The notes below the pieces were generated by a model. The model saw only the letters and a program-made list of their open reading frames with translations, did not search any database and was not told where the DNA came from. A program made the translations under genes and the position numbers. A DNA stretch of 64,000 nucleotides, taken from positions 25,730 through 89,729 of IMG/VR virus record IMGVR_UViG_3300012956_000001, one strand, 5' to 3'. This stretch comes from a virus (taxonomy: Duplodnaviria > Heunggongvirae > Uroviricota > Caudoviricetes). Positions 29,240 through 39,003 of the stretch are shown here, in pieces. Every line of letters starts with the position of its first letter. The first letter of the stretch is position 1.

Positions 29240-29710
29240 ATGGACGTTTCTAGAGAGATTGGCGGATCTAGGCTGAGTTTTGTAACTGGTGATATTTTAG
29301 AATCTACTGCACAGTGTATTGTAAATCCTGTCAATACAGTTGGTGTAATGGGCAGTGGGCTTGCCCTGAAGTTCAAAAAGCGTTATCCTTCCATGTTCGA
29401 CGCATATAAGATTCAATGTAAGAATGGATCGTTGAATACAGGCCGTCTTATGTTCTATAAAATGTCTGACGCTGATCGTATTATCTGTTTGTTTCCAACT
29501 AAACAACACTGGCAAAATCCATCTACATTAGAGTATATTGATCGTGGATTAGATGCGTTTATCCAACATTATGCCGAGTGGGATATCACGAGTGTTGCAT
29601 TTCCTAAGCTTGGTTGTGGGTTGGGTGGGTTGAATTGGGACTATCATGTAGGGCCGTTACTCACTCGTAAGTTGTCCGATTTACCGATTGACGTACAAAT
29701 TTACATCTAA
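29240..29710 (+). CDS. Macrodomain protein (DarG-like ADP-ribosyl glycohydrolase)
   Basis: GDIL, VNPVNTVGVMGSGLA, FPTKQHW, AFPKLGCGLGGLNW; start uncertain. Confidence 0.85.
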   Translation: MDVSREIGGSRLSFVTGDILESTAQCIVNPVNTVGVMGSGLALKFKKRYPSMFDAYKIQCKNGSLNTGRLMFYKMSDADRIICLFPTKQHWQNPSTLEYIDRGLDAFIQHYAEWDITSVAFPKLGCGLGGLNWDYHVGPLLTRKLSDLPIDVQIYI

Positions 29711-29718
29711 GAGGTTAT

Positions 29719-32581
29719 ATGGCGGGTCCACCAAAAGCTGGTCAGTTGCCCATATCTGAAACACATAAGATTATCACACGGTATCTTGTGCCTGTAGGTA
29801 CAAAGGTACAAACCGTACGAGTGCAAGACACTTCGGCTAATCCAGAAATGGCTTTTGATAAAACAGTAGTAACATTAACATCAGAGATGATTTTTTCTGA
29901 TGATGATGTTGTTGTCATTGAAAGTGTTGATGGTCGTCGGTTGCCTGGATCGATGTGTGATGCACCTAATCATGCCAGATATGTAAGATTCAAGTTTAAA
30001 CATAATGACTGTGACTATATCATACGAGTTCGAATGGGTGATATATTAGAGGGTGATTTTATTGCTCGAATTGTATTATCTGACGATGACTACAAAACCT
30101 TAGAAGATATTCTGGCCGAACAATTGAGAAAGTCTATTGATGAAGAAATTATGAAGGAACTTCAAGCAGAAATGCAGAAAAATTTGTTAGCAAAGATGTT
30201 TGCAAATTCCAAAGCAAGGCCGTACATACCGATATCTGTCGTATGATCCTACCTATGTATAGATGTACATTTTTGTCCAAGAGGTCGTATGAGCACTGAT
30301 ACATTAGCAATACTATTGGTAGGCTTGATTGTCTCTATTACAGGCTTTCTGACAATGGGTGGCCTGATTCTATTGGCCTCTCGGGATACTACAAAGATTC
30401 CCGAACTGATCGCCCGTACCACGAACATAGAGAAGATGCTTGAACATCTTTCTGCGGATGTTGGGGTTGAGATGGCCGGTGGTGCTGTGCGTGAAGTCTG
30501 GCGGTCAGCCGATGGCAAATATGAGGCATCATCATTTGAAGAATTGTTGACCAAAATGACAAATGATCCCAATTCTCCTCTGACTGCCGACGAGATTGAA
30601 AGCATCAAGTCTATTTTTGATAAGATTCTGGGTGAATCAGACGATCCAGAAAAGGAAGATTGGCAGAAATGAGTACTCTGGCATCACTTAAAGCATCTTT
30701 AGTTGCGACATTAGATCGTGAATTACAAGATACGGGTAATGGCAAGTTTGAAACAGCACTTGCTGAATCCATTGATCTATACACCACACAAAAAATTGCA
30801 GCATACGATGTGGCAGCTATAAATCCAATTCGTCAACAAATTGCGGCATTGGATACCAGAGTTGCCGCCATAGAAGCATTAGTGGCCAATATTCAAGCAC
30901 AGTTTGCTACGATTCAACAGCAAGTTGATTCCTTGCCTGGTAGTATTTCAGCACAGATTGCCACGGCACAGTCACAATTGTCTTCACAAATAACAGCAGC
31001 ACAAATATCAAGTACGACTACAGTACCAACAACTACAACCACAGCAACATCTACGCAGGCTCCAACAACTGGCGGCCCACCGCTTCCAGATCAAGATTTT
31101 GCACGAGAAGTACCTACGAGTCAGATCATTGCACCTCTTGTACTTGATCCGCTCAAAATTGGAAAATTTGATTTGCCTGATGATCTCAAAGTAAAACCCA
31201 TAGAAGGTGATCTGTGAGTAAGAGAAAAACCAAAACAAAGATGAAGATTGATCCGCTCACCCGGTTGGCACAAAAGAATATAGCCGCATCGTTAGATGCA
31301 GCAACATATAGTAACAATGAAAAAACCATTCGTAAGAATGTACACGATGAATTTCAACGAAAGAAAGTAACTCAGTATGAGGATACAAATGTTGAAGCAC
31401 ATCGTTTGTTTCAAGATATGAAGCGCAGACCATACTAAATGGCAAACATTGTACGGTATATACATTATGGTGAAATCACACATAATAATAAACGAGTAAC
31501 ATCTGTCTTTGCTCATTCTAAGCAACAGGTAATATACCAGTTGAATTCTTGGTTTTTTGATTACTTCTACGCCAATGGTATAACCGTACAACAATTACCT
31601 GCAATAGATGATTGGACTCGATCCGACGAAGACGTTCGGTATGAGTATGTTACGTTTCCAGCCGAAGGATGGTTAGTATCAATTAATTATACTGATTTAC
31701 TGTTGGATGTTTAATTGATATGATGTATTTGTATCTACTTTCGTTTTTTGGTAGGCTCGTTGGTTTTCTAACGGGCAAGAACTGTGGAACGTACAGTGGA
31801 TCATATTACATTGGTATGGGCGGTAAATATACCAGGCGACCGTGTGTTCTTGCGCCTGGGCATTTAACTCCTTGTGTAACTGACTGGGAATGGAACAAAT
31901 CCTTAAATCGCCACGTTCGATTCTGGTTTGATTATGATGGTGTAGGCATAATCGGCCGTGCTGAATTAAGCTAAAATACAACTGATCTCTATTTTCTAGA
32001 AATGTGAGTCAGCAAAGGTTATTGGAATGAATGTATGTAATTCATATCCCAGACTTGTCTTGCGTTTCTTTCCGGGCTCCAAGAAAGAAAAGGTAAGGCC
32101 AAAAGAAAGAACACTCTAATACAATAAAAGCAATCTCCTACTCAATATCCAGTAAAAGCTGAAGATATTGAGTTTGTCATTTAATTGCTCATATAGTAGT
32201 AATTCTCAGAAACAAGCTGAAGATATGATGTTAGGTTACTTATGGGCACCTTCTACCATTGAGAACCCTATGACTTTTGATACAAGAGAACAGGTCAATA
32301 GGTTTACAAGCAAACTGTATAAGTTTTTAGATGATGGCCACAGATTAGAATTCAGACGTATGCGAGGATATCGAGGTTGGATCTTTACAGACAAAAATCC
32401 CACTCATGTACTACTTAATCCAAGCGATAATCTTATTCCTACGTTGATTCACGAAGCGTTGCATTATTTCTATCCTAAAGCATCTGAAACATGGGTGCTT
32501 AAAATGGAAGCAAAGATTGCAGGTAAACTAACCGAAAGACAAATACGTAATATCATCAGGCGTCTAGCGAAAAACATCTGA
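29719..32581 (+). other. Hypothetical ORFs (29719-30246, 30289-30672, 30660-31217, 31214-31438, 31439-31714, 31720-31974, ~32270-32581)
   Basis: Contiguous + strand ORFs; the last has an HExxH motif (LIHEALH). Confidence 0.6.
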
Positions 32582-32621
32582 CGCTTGACTTTTAAGCAGG
32601 ATTGTAGTATTATGGTGTCAT

Positions 32622-32695
32622 GCGGCATTAGTGTAACACGACAGCACGTATATCCCACCAGATATAAAGAACCGTCAACTCGGTGCGCCGCTCCA
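32622..32695 (+). ncRNA. Degenerate Gly-like tRNA mimic ending in TCCA
   Basis: gcggcat/gcgccgc-tcca; tatatc-ccacca-gatata; shortened T arm. Confidence 0.5.
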
Positions 32696-32696
32696 C

Positions 32697-32769
32697 GGGA
32701 ACATAGCTCAGCTGGGAGAGCATCACGCTGGCAGTGTGAGGGTCAGGGGTTCGATCCCCCTTGTTTCCA
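32697..32769 (+). tRNA. tRNA-Ala(GGC)
   Basis: Cloverleaf with G3:U70. Confidence 0.95.
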
Positions 32770-32899
32770 TAATTCAATATAACTCAAAGTCAAGATGTAA
32801 GCAATTAAACTTACTCTTGACTTTTGCGATTACTTGTGGTATATTACAGGTTCAAGAAGTACAACGGTTATGTTACATTTCTTTAAAAACGAGGTTTGC

Positions 32900-33574
32900 A
32901 TGCGTAAGTTGTTTATGATTTTCGCTTTGATGTTGGGTCTGACCACCACAGTCGAAGCGCAGTACACCAATTTGACCGGCGGGTATGAGTTTGCCGGTAC
33001 TTCGGGCGACAGTTACGAAGTCACCTATCTTGGTTCGGGCGGCGCGTCTTACTGGCATAGCTTGTGGGCCGTTGACGCTTCTAATTTGAATACACGCACC
33101 CTTTTGTTCTGTAAGGTGGCCGATTGTGTATCGAATAGCTTTTACGGTGTTGCACAGACCCCGTATGTATATTCGTCGCCCTCGCAATGGGTGTTTGGTT
33201 TGTATGTTGAAACAAGCGGAACGGCTGATGTTACACCGGACGCCTCTGGATATTGGCTATACAGCCTTGCTGCACTAAATGGCGGCAACTCATTCCTCCG
33301 TGATTTTGGTACGGCGAACGGCGTACGTCAGGATGATCGAACCACCATTGTCCCCGGCACAGTATCGCCATTGTCTGGAACGGTTCTAGGATTTGAGGAT
33401 ATTCGTACGAATGGTGTTGCCGGCGGCGACCGAGATTTCAATGATGCGATCTTTACATTGGAAAAGCTCGACAGCGGTACTCCACAGGAAGTCGTTCCTG
33501 AACCTGCCACGATGACACTTTTGGCAACTGGTTTGGTTGGTCTTGCTGGAGCTCGTCGTAAGCGCAATAAGTAA
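32900..33574 (+). CDS. Secreted PEP-CTERM protein with DUF4114-like motif
   Basis: Signal peptide; GFEDIR...GGDRDFNDAIF; C-terminal VPEPATMTLLATGLVGLAGARRKRNK. Confidence 0.9.
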   Translation: MRKLFMIFALMLGLTTTVEAQYTNLTGGYEFAGTSGDSYEVTYLGSGGASYWHSLWAVDASNLNTRTLLFCKVADCVSNSFYGVAQTPYVYSSPSQWVFGLYVETSGTADVTPDASGYWLYSLAALNGGNSFLRDFGTANGVRQDDRTTIVPGTVSPLSGTVLGFEDIRTNGVAGGDRDFNDAIFTLEKLDSGTPQEVVPEPATMTLLATGLVGLAGARRKRNK

Positions 33575-33730
33575 GGTTTCTGAATAAAAACAATGTCGAA
33601 CATGGAAGAAATTCTGTGTTCGATTTTGTTTTATCTAAAAGCCATTAAAGTAGTAAACTTAATGGGACTAGATAATCGTGTCACGCTGCTGTATATTACT
33701 GTCATACGATAACACACCAACGAGGAATAC

Positions 33731-34312
33731 ATGACAAAGGTCACTCTACGCAAGGCTTCAAAGATCCGTAACCGTTTGATGTCAAACCTAACGGACCTAC
33801 AAACGAAGGTGAATAACGTTCAGCTGGCTTTGAACGTTTATAACCCAAATGTCGTGGGTGAGTTGGATGCCGAACTTGCTAAGTTTACCGAATCGTATGT
33901 TCGGTACTCTCAGGTCAGTCGTGTGCTATTTTCCATTCGTGAGAAGATCAGCGCAGCTGGCAATGCTCACAATGTCAGTGGTCTATTGGCTGATCGTGAG
34001 GCGCTATCTGGTCAGTTGCGTACCGTAACCCGTGTACTAAGCCTGGCTCGCCCACGGCTTCCAGATGCCACGTTGTCTGCCCAGATTGCTGGCGTAGTGT
34101 CACGATTGGAAAAGTCCGATTACGGACATGATCAGTTGCATGTCTCGTTCATCCAAGAAGAAGTATTGGAAGGCATTCGTGCCGACCAACTGGTACTTCA
34201 AACTGCGTTGGACACGGTGCAGGATAAGCTCGAGGCCATTAACACATCGGTTACGATTGAGTTGACCGACGAAGAACTGGCGTTGCTAAAGGCTGAACGA
34301 GTCGCGGTCTAA
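33731..34312 (+). CDS. Long coiled-coil protein (DIP1984/DUF6847-like by motif pattern)
   Basis: TLRKA..IR..L N-terminus and QDKLEAIN...TIEL C-terminus. Confidence 0.55.
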   Translation: MTKVTLRKASKIRNRLMSNLTDLQTKVNNVQLALNVYNPNVVGELDAELAKFTESYVRYSQVSRVLFSIREKISAAGNAHNVSGLLADREALSGQLRTVTRVLSLARPRLPDATLSAQIAGVVSRLEKSDYGHDQLHVSFIQEEVLEGIRADQLVLQTALDTVQDKLEAINTSVTIELTDEELALLKAERVAV

Positions 34313-34318
34313 ATTACT

Positions 34319-34559
34319 GTCTGTGAGATAGAAATAGATAGGACATTATTTCGACAAGTAAAATGAATGCCGAGTAACGTACTCCAACTTCTCAAGATAC
34401 GGCCAATCCAGGCTGTTATTCGTTTGATGTGAGTGAAACCTAACAATATCTTGCCAATTGATATTTGTTACTCACGATTCTACGATATGCTATTGGAAAC
34501 TGTGCCATATGTCACTTGCTTCCGTACATTACCCATCATTCAAATTATTTCTCACAGAC
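34319..34559 (+). ncRNA. Stem-closed ~240-nt noncoding element
   Basis: gtctgtgaga (34319)/tctcacagac (34550) closing helix; internal hairpin. Confidence 0.5.
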
Positions 34560-35246
34560 TATGACACATATAATTAACGGATTTCTATCTGCTAGTGTTA
34601 AGTCAAACGTTAGCGTTCAACTAGATACCATATTACGACTATTGCCGCCTGGGTGGACAACCAAATTTGCATCGGATATTACGGCGATGTACGTTAAGTT
34701 GTCACCATTAATTTCTAGGGTTGCCATTGCTGATGGTGTGTTGTATCTTGATGATAGTCCTATCTCGCCAAATCATTCCTTAGTAAAATATATCACACGA
34801 TCATTTGCACAGGAATCGGCGAGAACGTGCATGGTCTGTGGTGCCCCCGGCCGCCGACGTAAAGAACAACTTGGTAAACCTCCGTTGTGTCGGCCACATT
34901 ATCTAGAATTTATCAATTCGGTAGAGGATTAATGTATAACGAAGATACGCAGGATCACGCCGCAGCTATTATGGTGTCGAAGGGCTTCTCTATGGGCCGT
35001 ATGGTATATCCCATCACCGACGCTATTACGCCTAACGCGATTGTGTCCACCGTAGAAGATGGTCCATTTTGGTATGGCGACCTTGCCGACGGTGATGTGG
35101 CTGGTTTGATGGAAGTCGCCAATCAGCTCAAAAAGGATCTAGAGGTCCAATCACAGACTTCTTCTAAGTTCTACGTAGTTTCAGCGTCTATTTAATCGCG
35201 GTTTCTCTATTTATGGATGCCATTGTGTCATCCGTATCGGAGAAAC

Positions 35247-35612
35247 ATGCAAGAAAAAACTTATATCTGTGATTGTGGAAATGTTTATGTTCCCAAGCAG
35301 AAATATAAAGATGCACGTGTCAAATGTTCGAGTTGTATTTCTAAGACTCGATCATCTGATGTAAAAGCAAAAGCAATCAAATATCTTGGTGGCAAATGTA
35401 TTGATTGTGGATATAAAGGTCACCCCGTTGCATTTGACTTCGATCATAAAGATCCAAGTCAAAAAGAATTTAAGATCAGTGGAAATTACATTCTTCGATG
35501 GGCTGAATTGCGTGCTGAATTAGATAAATGTGAATTACGATGTTCAAATTGTCATCGTATTCGACACTATCTGATAGAATTTCCAGATAACGGAAGTACA
35601 ACAATCAAATAA
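35247..35612 (+). CDS. HNH endonuclease
   Basis: CIDCG...FDFDHKD...ELDKCELRCSNCHRIRH. Confidence 0.85.
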   Translation: MQEKTYICDCGNVYVPKQKYKDARVKCSSCISKTRSSDVKAKAIKYLGGKCIDCGYKGHPVAFDFDHKDPSQKEFKISGNYILRWAELRAELDKCELRCSNCHRIRHYLIEFPDNGSTTIK

Positions 35613-36422
35613 AGGGTTACTATGTCAACGATTAAGGAAGTAGTTACAGAGAAGTTGGGTGCTGTGGGACCGGCAGTTCGTGAACAGGTTATTGTTAACT
35701 TGGTAGCGTCTGAAACGGATCGTAGAACACAGGCATCACTCACGGTCGTTAAGAAGCTTGACGAGGCAAATGCTTCGTTGAAAAAGATCAACCGTGCTGA
35801 CAATGAAACCTTCAACGAGGATGGGTCCGTTGCAACCGCAACGTTTACCAAGTCACGACTTGAAGAAATCAAGAAGCTCAAGGAAACCATCCAGAAGCTT
35901 GAGACCGCGTTGGAGACTGCTTTTGAGAAGAGTGATTTCACCAAGCTCTTTGAATTAGCAAACAAGTAATGTCAATATACCAAGAACTACAAGATGAAGT
36001 TAACGCACGCGTTAACAATCAAGTAATTCTTGATAAGTTGGTCACAGAATTGATCTTTTCAGAGAAAAGAACAATCGATGTGGCAGTAGGTCGTGACCGA
36101 CCAATAAATTCTCCATACGAATATGCCAAAAAACTGAAACGTTATGTGGCAGAGAAAATTTCACTACATAGAAAGTTTCGTTATGAGTCACAATCGTATG
36201 TTGTGGAATGTGATTGGAAGTGGCACGATCTACAAAAACAACGACTTCGTGAAGTTCGCGCTGGTATAAAACAGGAATTAATGTCGTATTGATAACGCAA
36301 TATCGGGTAATTTGGAGGGGGTTGCCAAAAAACAACCCCTCTATTACCTTTAGGACATGATGAAATACGGCGGTTTTTGAACCGACCACACTATGTATTA
36401 GAAATCCCAACAGGAATTTATT

Positions 36423-36560
36423 ATGACTCATTCACAACGCTGGTTTAAGCAAGCCGATACGAAAGCCACAAAGCCTAGCTTTGTGTTGCATAATGATCGC
36501 TATGCGCTGAACGGCGTAACGATTACTGGTGATAGGGTCACGGATACAAATGGTTGGTAA
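36423..36560 (+). CDS. Putative 45-aa attenuator leader peptide
   Basis: Promoter TTGCCA 36322/TACCTT 36345, AGGA RBS; MTHSQRWFKQADTKATKPSFVLHNDRYALNGVTITGDRVTDTNGW*. Confidence 0.65.
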   Translation: MTHSQRWFKQADTKATKPSFVLHNDRYALNGVTITGDRVTDTNGW

Positions 36561-36585
36561 ATAAACCACTTTAGTATCACGATGT

Positions 36586-36625
36586 AGACCCCACCAGATG
36601 AAAAGTCGGTGGGGTTTTTGTTTTT
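36586..36625 (+). terminator. Intrinsic terminator with alternative antiterminator (36526-36597)
   Basis: agaccccacc...ggtggggttt + T tract directly before the first tRNA of the array. Confidence 0.8.
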
Positions 36626-36699
36626 GGGCTGTCGGATGCAAGGTGCGTCGCCTCCCTGTCACGGAGGACATCGGGCGGGTTCGATTCCCGTACGGCCCG
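36626..36699 (+). tRNA. tRNA-Asp(GTC), atypical D arm
   Basis: cctcc-ctgtcac-ggagg; C at position 8. Confidence 0.8.
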
Positions 36700-36702
36700 T
36701 AC

Positions 36703-36777
36703 GTCATAGTAGTGTTTAACGGTATAGCACATTACGTTGCCAACGTAAGAGTGTGGGTTCGACTCCCACTTATGGCT
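36703..36777 (+). tRNA. tRNA-Gly(GCC)
   Basis: ttacg-ttgccaa-cgtaa. Confidence 0.9.
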
Positions 36778-36799
36778 TGAAAATATATGTAGAGGCTAT

Positions 36800-37168
36800 A
36801 TGGCAAGTAAAGAATGGATTGCAAAAAACAAAGATAAGATGAAAGAATATCGTCGTATGTGGTATCACAAAAACAAACAAGAAGAACAGAAAAAGGCCAG
36901 ACATCGACAAAAATCTAGACGTTCAAATATAAAAGAATGGTTAGATAATTATAAAGCAACATTGAAATGTGAACGATGTGGATTCTCACATCCAGCAGCA
37001 TTAGATTTTCATCATAGAGATTCTAGCACAAAAGAATTTACAATAGGATCTCGTAGAACTTTACCATCTAATACTAAAACACTAAAAGAAATTGAAAAAT
37101 GTGAAGTGTTGTGTTCTAATTGCCACAGAATACATCACTATGAAGAACGAAGGGTAGGATCTGTGTGA
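36800..37168 (+). CDS. HNH endonuclease
   Basis: CERCG...LDFHH...EIEKCEVLCSNCHRIHH. Confidence 0.85.
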   Translation: MASKEWIAKNKDKMKEYRRMWYHKNKQEEQKKARHRQKSRRSNIKEWLDNYKATLKCERCGFSHPAALDFHHRDSSTKEFTIGSRRTLPSNTKTLKEIEKCEVLCSNCHRIHHYEERRVGSV

Positions 37169-37219
37169 TCAGACCGAACTCCAAATCCGGTCAGCTCAGT
37201 TCGATTCTGAGCTACCCTG
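37151..37219 (+). tRNA. tRNA-Trp(CCA), degenerate D arm, overlaps HNH stop
   Basis: agggtag/ctaccct; loop ctccaaa; canonical T arm. Confidence 0.6.
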
Positions 37220-37226
37220 TATAATT

Positions 37227-37301
37227 GTCTCTCTGGTGTAGCGGGATTCGCACGACTGTCTGAAAAGCAGTAGGCTAACGGTTCGACTCCGTTGGGAGAC
37301 G
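37227..37301 (+). tRNA. tRNA-Phe(GAA)
   Basis: AC loop ctgaaaa. Confidence 0.9.
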
Positions 37302-37339
37302 CTTGACAAAATAGAAAATAGGGTATATATTGTAATCAT

Positions 37340-37411
37340 GCCTCCGTAGTGAAATGGATATAACTACGGTCTTCGGAACCGTCATTGGGGGTTCGAATCC
37401 CTCCGGGGGCA
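37340..37411 (+). tRNA. tRNA-Arg(TCG)
   Basis: AC loop cttcgga. Confidence 0.9.
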
Positions 37412-37417
37412 CTAATT

Positions 37418-37505
37418 GGAAGGTCGGTAGAGACGGTGTGCTGCACCAGTTTGCTAAACTGGCTTACGGGAAACTGTAATAAGGGTTCGAATCCCTTGCC
37501 TTCCG
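37418..37505 (+). tRNA. tRNA-Ser(GCT)
   Basis: AC loop ttgctaa; long variable arm. Confidence 0.9.
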
Positions 37506-37643
37506 TAGATATTATCACACGAGGATGTGGCAAAGCGTTACGCACGGACCCGACGCTGACGTAATTGAATTTAAACATTAGTATGTCCTAATGTACTTTC
37601 AAAGAGGCGCGTGGCAATATCGGGACAAGTAGTGTGATAGTTT

Positions 37644-37732
37644 GGAAACCATCCGGCTGGATGAGGAGCTTGTTTCGAAAACAAGTAATACAATATTAAT
37701 TTGTATTGTGGGTTCAAGTCCCACGGTTTCCG
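37644..37732 (+). tRNA. tRNA-Ser(CGA)
   Basis: AC loop ttcgaaa; long variable arm. Confidence 0.85.
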
Positions 37733-37744
37733 CTGTAAAATTAT

Positions 37745-37826
37745 GGTGAGTATGCTCGAGCGGACGAGCACCGGTCTGTAAAACCGACGACTTATGTCAC
37801 GGCAGGTTCGAACCCTGCACTCACCA
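37745..37826 (+). tRNA. tRNA-Tyr(GTA)
   Basis: AC loop ctgtaaa. Confidence 0.9.
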
Positions 37827-37905
37827 CTTGTAAAGCTCATTGATAATAGATGTATGGATGTTAGCGCCCGATCATTCCGAGGCGTGTATACAAATATCGG
37901 AATTT

Positions 37906-37977
37906 GCCTTGGTCGTTCAATGGATAGGACGATGGTCTACGAAACCATAAATGCAAGTTCGACTCTTGCCTAGGGCA
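37906..37977 (+). tRNA. tRNA-Arg(ACG)
   Basis: AC loop ctacgaa. Confidence 0.9.
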
Positions 37978-37981
37978 TATA

Positions 37982-38055
37982 GAGCAGCGACGTTGGTTCG
38001 AATCCAACCGCATGGCGTCCGCGCCGCGTGTAGCATAGTGGTTAGTGCACTGCTC
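37982..38055 (+). ncRNA. Circularly permuted tRNA-like RNA
   Basis: Order: gagcag, T arm, 3' acceptor strand, linker, 5' acceptor strand, D arm, ctgctc. Confidence 0.7.
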
Positions 38056-38065
38056 GTTGAGTCTC

Positions 38066-38138
38066 ACCCCTATGGGCGTAATTGGCAACGCTGCTGGCTT
38101 TTAACCAGCTGATCACAGTTCGAGTCTGTGTGGGGGTA
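38066..38138 (+). tRNA. tRNA-Lys(TTT)
   Basis: AC loop cttttaa. Confidence 0.85.
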
Positions 38139-38191
38139 TATTAAGACGATCTACTTAACTAGTTATAGATAAACTGTAACTGGGAGTATCA

Positions 38192-38722
38192 ATGAACAGT
38201 AAAAGTAAGTTAGTGATGGAATCACAACGCAGAAAGAAACTCTTTGCAGTTGAACAATTTGGCGGAAAATGTCAAATATGTGGATATGATAAGTGTATTA
38301 ATGCACTATCATTTCATCACGTTGATCCATTGACAAAAAAAGAATCTCCATCTTATATTATAATGAGAAAAAGTTGGAAACTTGCATTTGAAGAACTGCA
38401 AAAATGTATATTGGTGTGTTCAAATTGTCATGCTGAAATACATTACATGAATGTAAACGTAGATTATTCTAAATATATTACTCCTACTGTGGAACTTATT
38501 TGTATAAAGTGTGACGAGAAATTTACAACTAAGGTAGCATCACAAAAATATTGTAGTAATAAGTGTAGAGCGGCAGCAAACTATAAAATTAAAAGAATTC
38601 CCACAAAAGAAGAACTATCACAAAAAATAAACAGTGGAATTTCTATATTGTCTATGGCAAAGGAATTTGGAATTTCTGACGTTGCTATGAAAAAATGGTT
38701 GGTTAAGTTTAATATAATATAA
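38192..38722 (+). CDS. HNH endonuclease with C-terminal Zn ribbon/HTH
   Basis: CQICG...LSFHH...KCILVCSNCHAEIH; C-terminal AKEFGISDVAMKKW. Confidence 0.85.
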   Translation: MNSKSKLVMESQRRKKLFAVEQFGGKCQICGYDKCINALSFHHVDPLTKKESPSYIIMRKSWKLAFEELQKCILVCSNCHAEIHYMNVNVDYSKYITPTVELICIKCDEKFTTKVASQKYCSNKCRAAANYKIKRIPTKEELSQKINSGISILSMAKEFGISDVAMKKWLVKFNII

Positions 38723-38794
38723 GCTTCATAAGCATTAACGGTGATGCATCCGACTCTTAATCGGAAGAACCCCGATCGTTACGGGGATGAAGCA
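38723..38794 (+). tRNA. tRNA-Lys(CTT), T loop ATCGTTA
   Basis: tccga-ctcttaa-tcgga. Confidence 0.85.
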
Positions 38795-38850
38795 TGACGT
38801 TTGACAGAGTTCGTCAGGGGGCGCTTAGGCGTTTTTAAAACTGTCATCAT

Positions 38851-38923
38851 GGTGCTTGTAACATAGTGGCTAATGTGCCGGTCTGTGAAGCCGGAGAAGC
38901 GGGATCGTAACCCGTCAGGCACC
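38851..38923 (+). tRNA. tRNA-His(GTG) with G-1, T loop ATCGTAA
   Basis: AC loop ctgtgaa; G-1:C73. Confidence 0.9.
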
Positions 38924-38928
38924 CTCAT

Positions 38929-38999
38929 TGGAGTATCGTCTAACGGCAGGACAGCTGATTCTGAATCAGTGAATGGTGGTTCGAATCCATCTTCTCCAA
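38929..38999 (+). tRNA. tRNA-Gln(CTG)
   Basis: AC loop ttctgaa. Confidence 0.85.
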
Positions 39000-39003
39000 C
39001 TAA

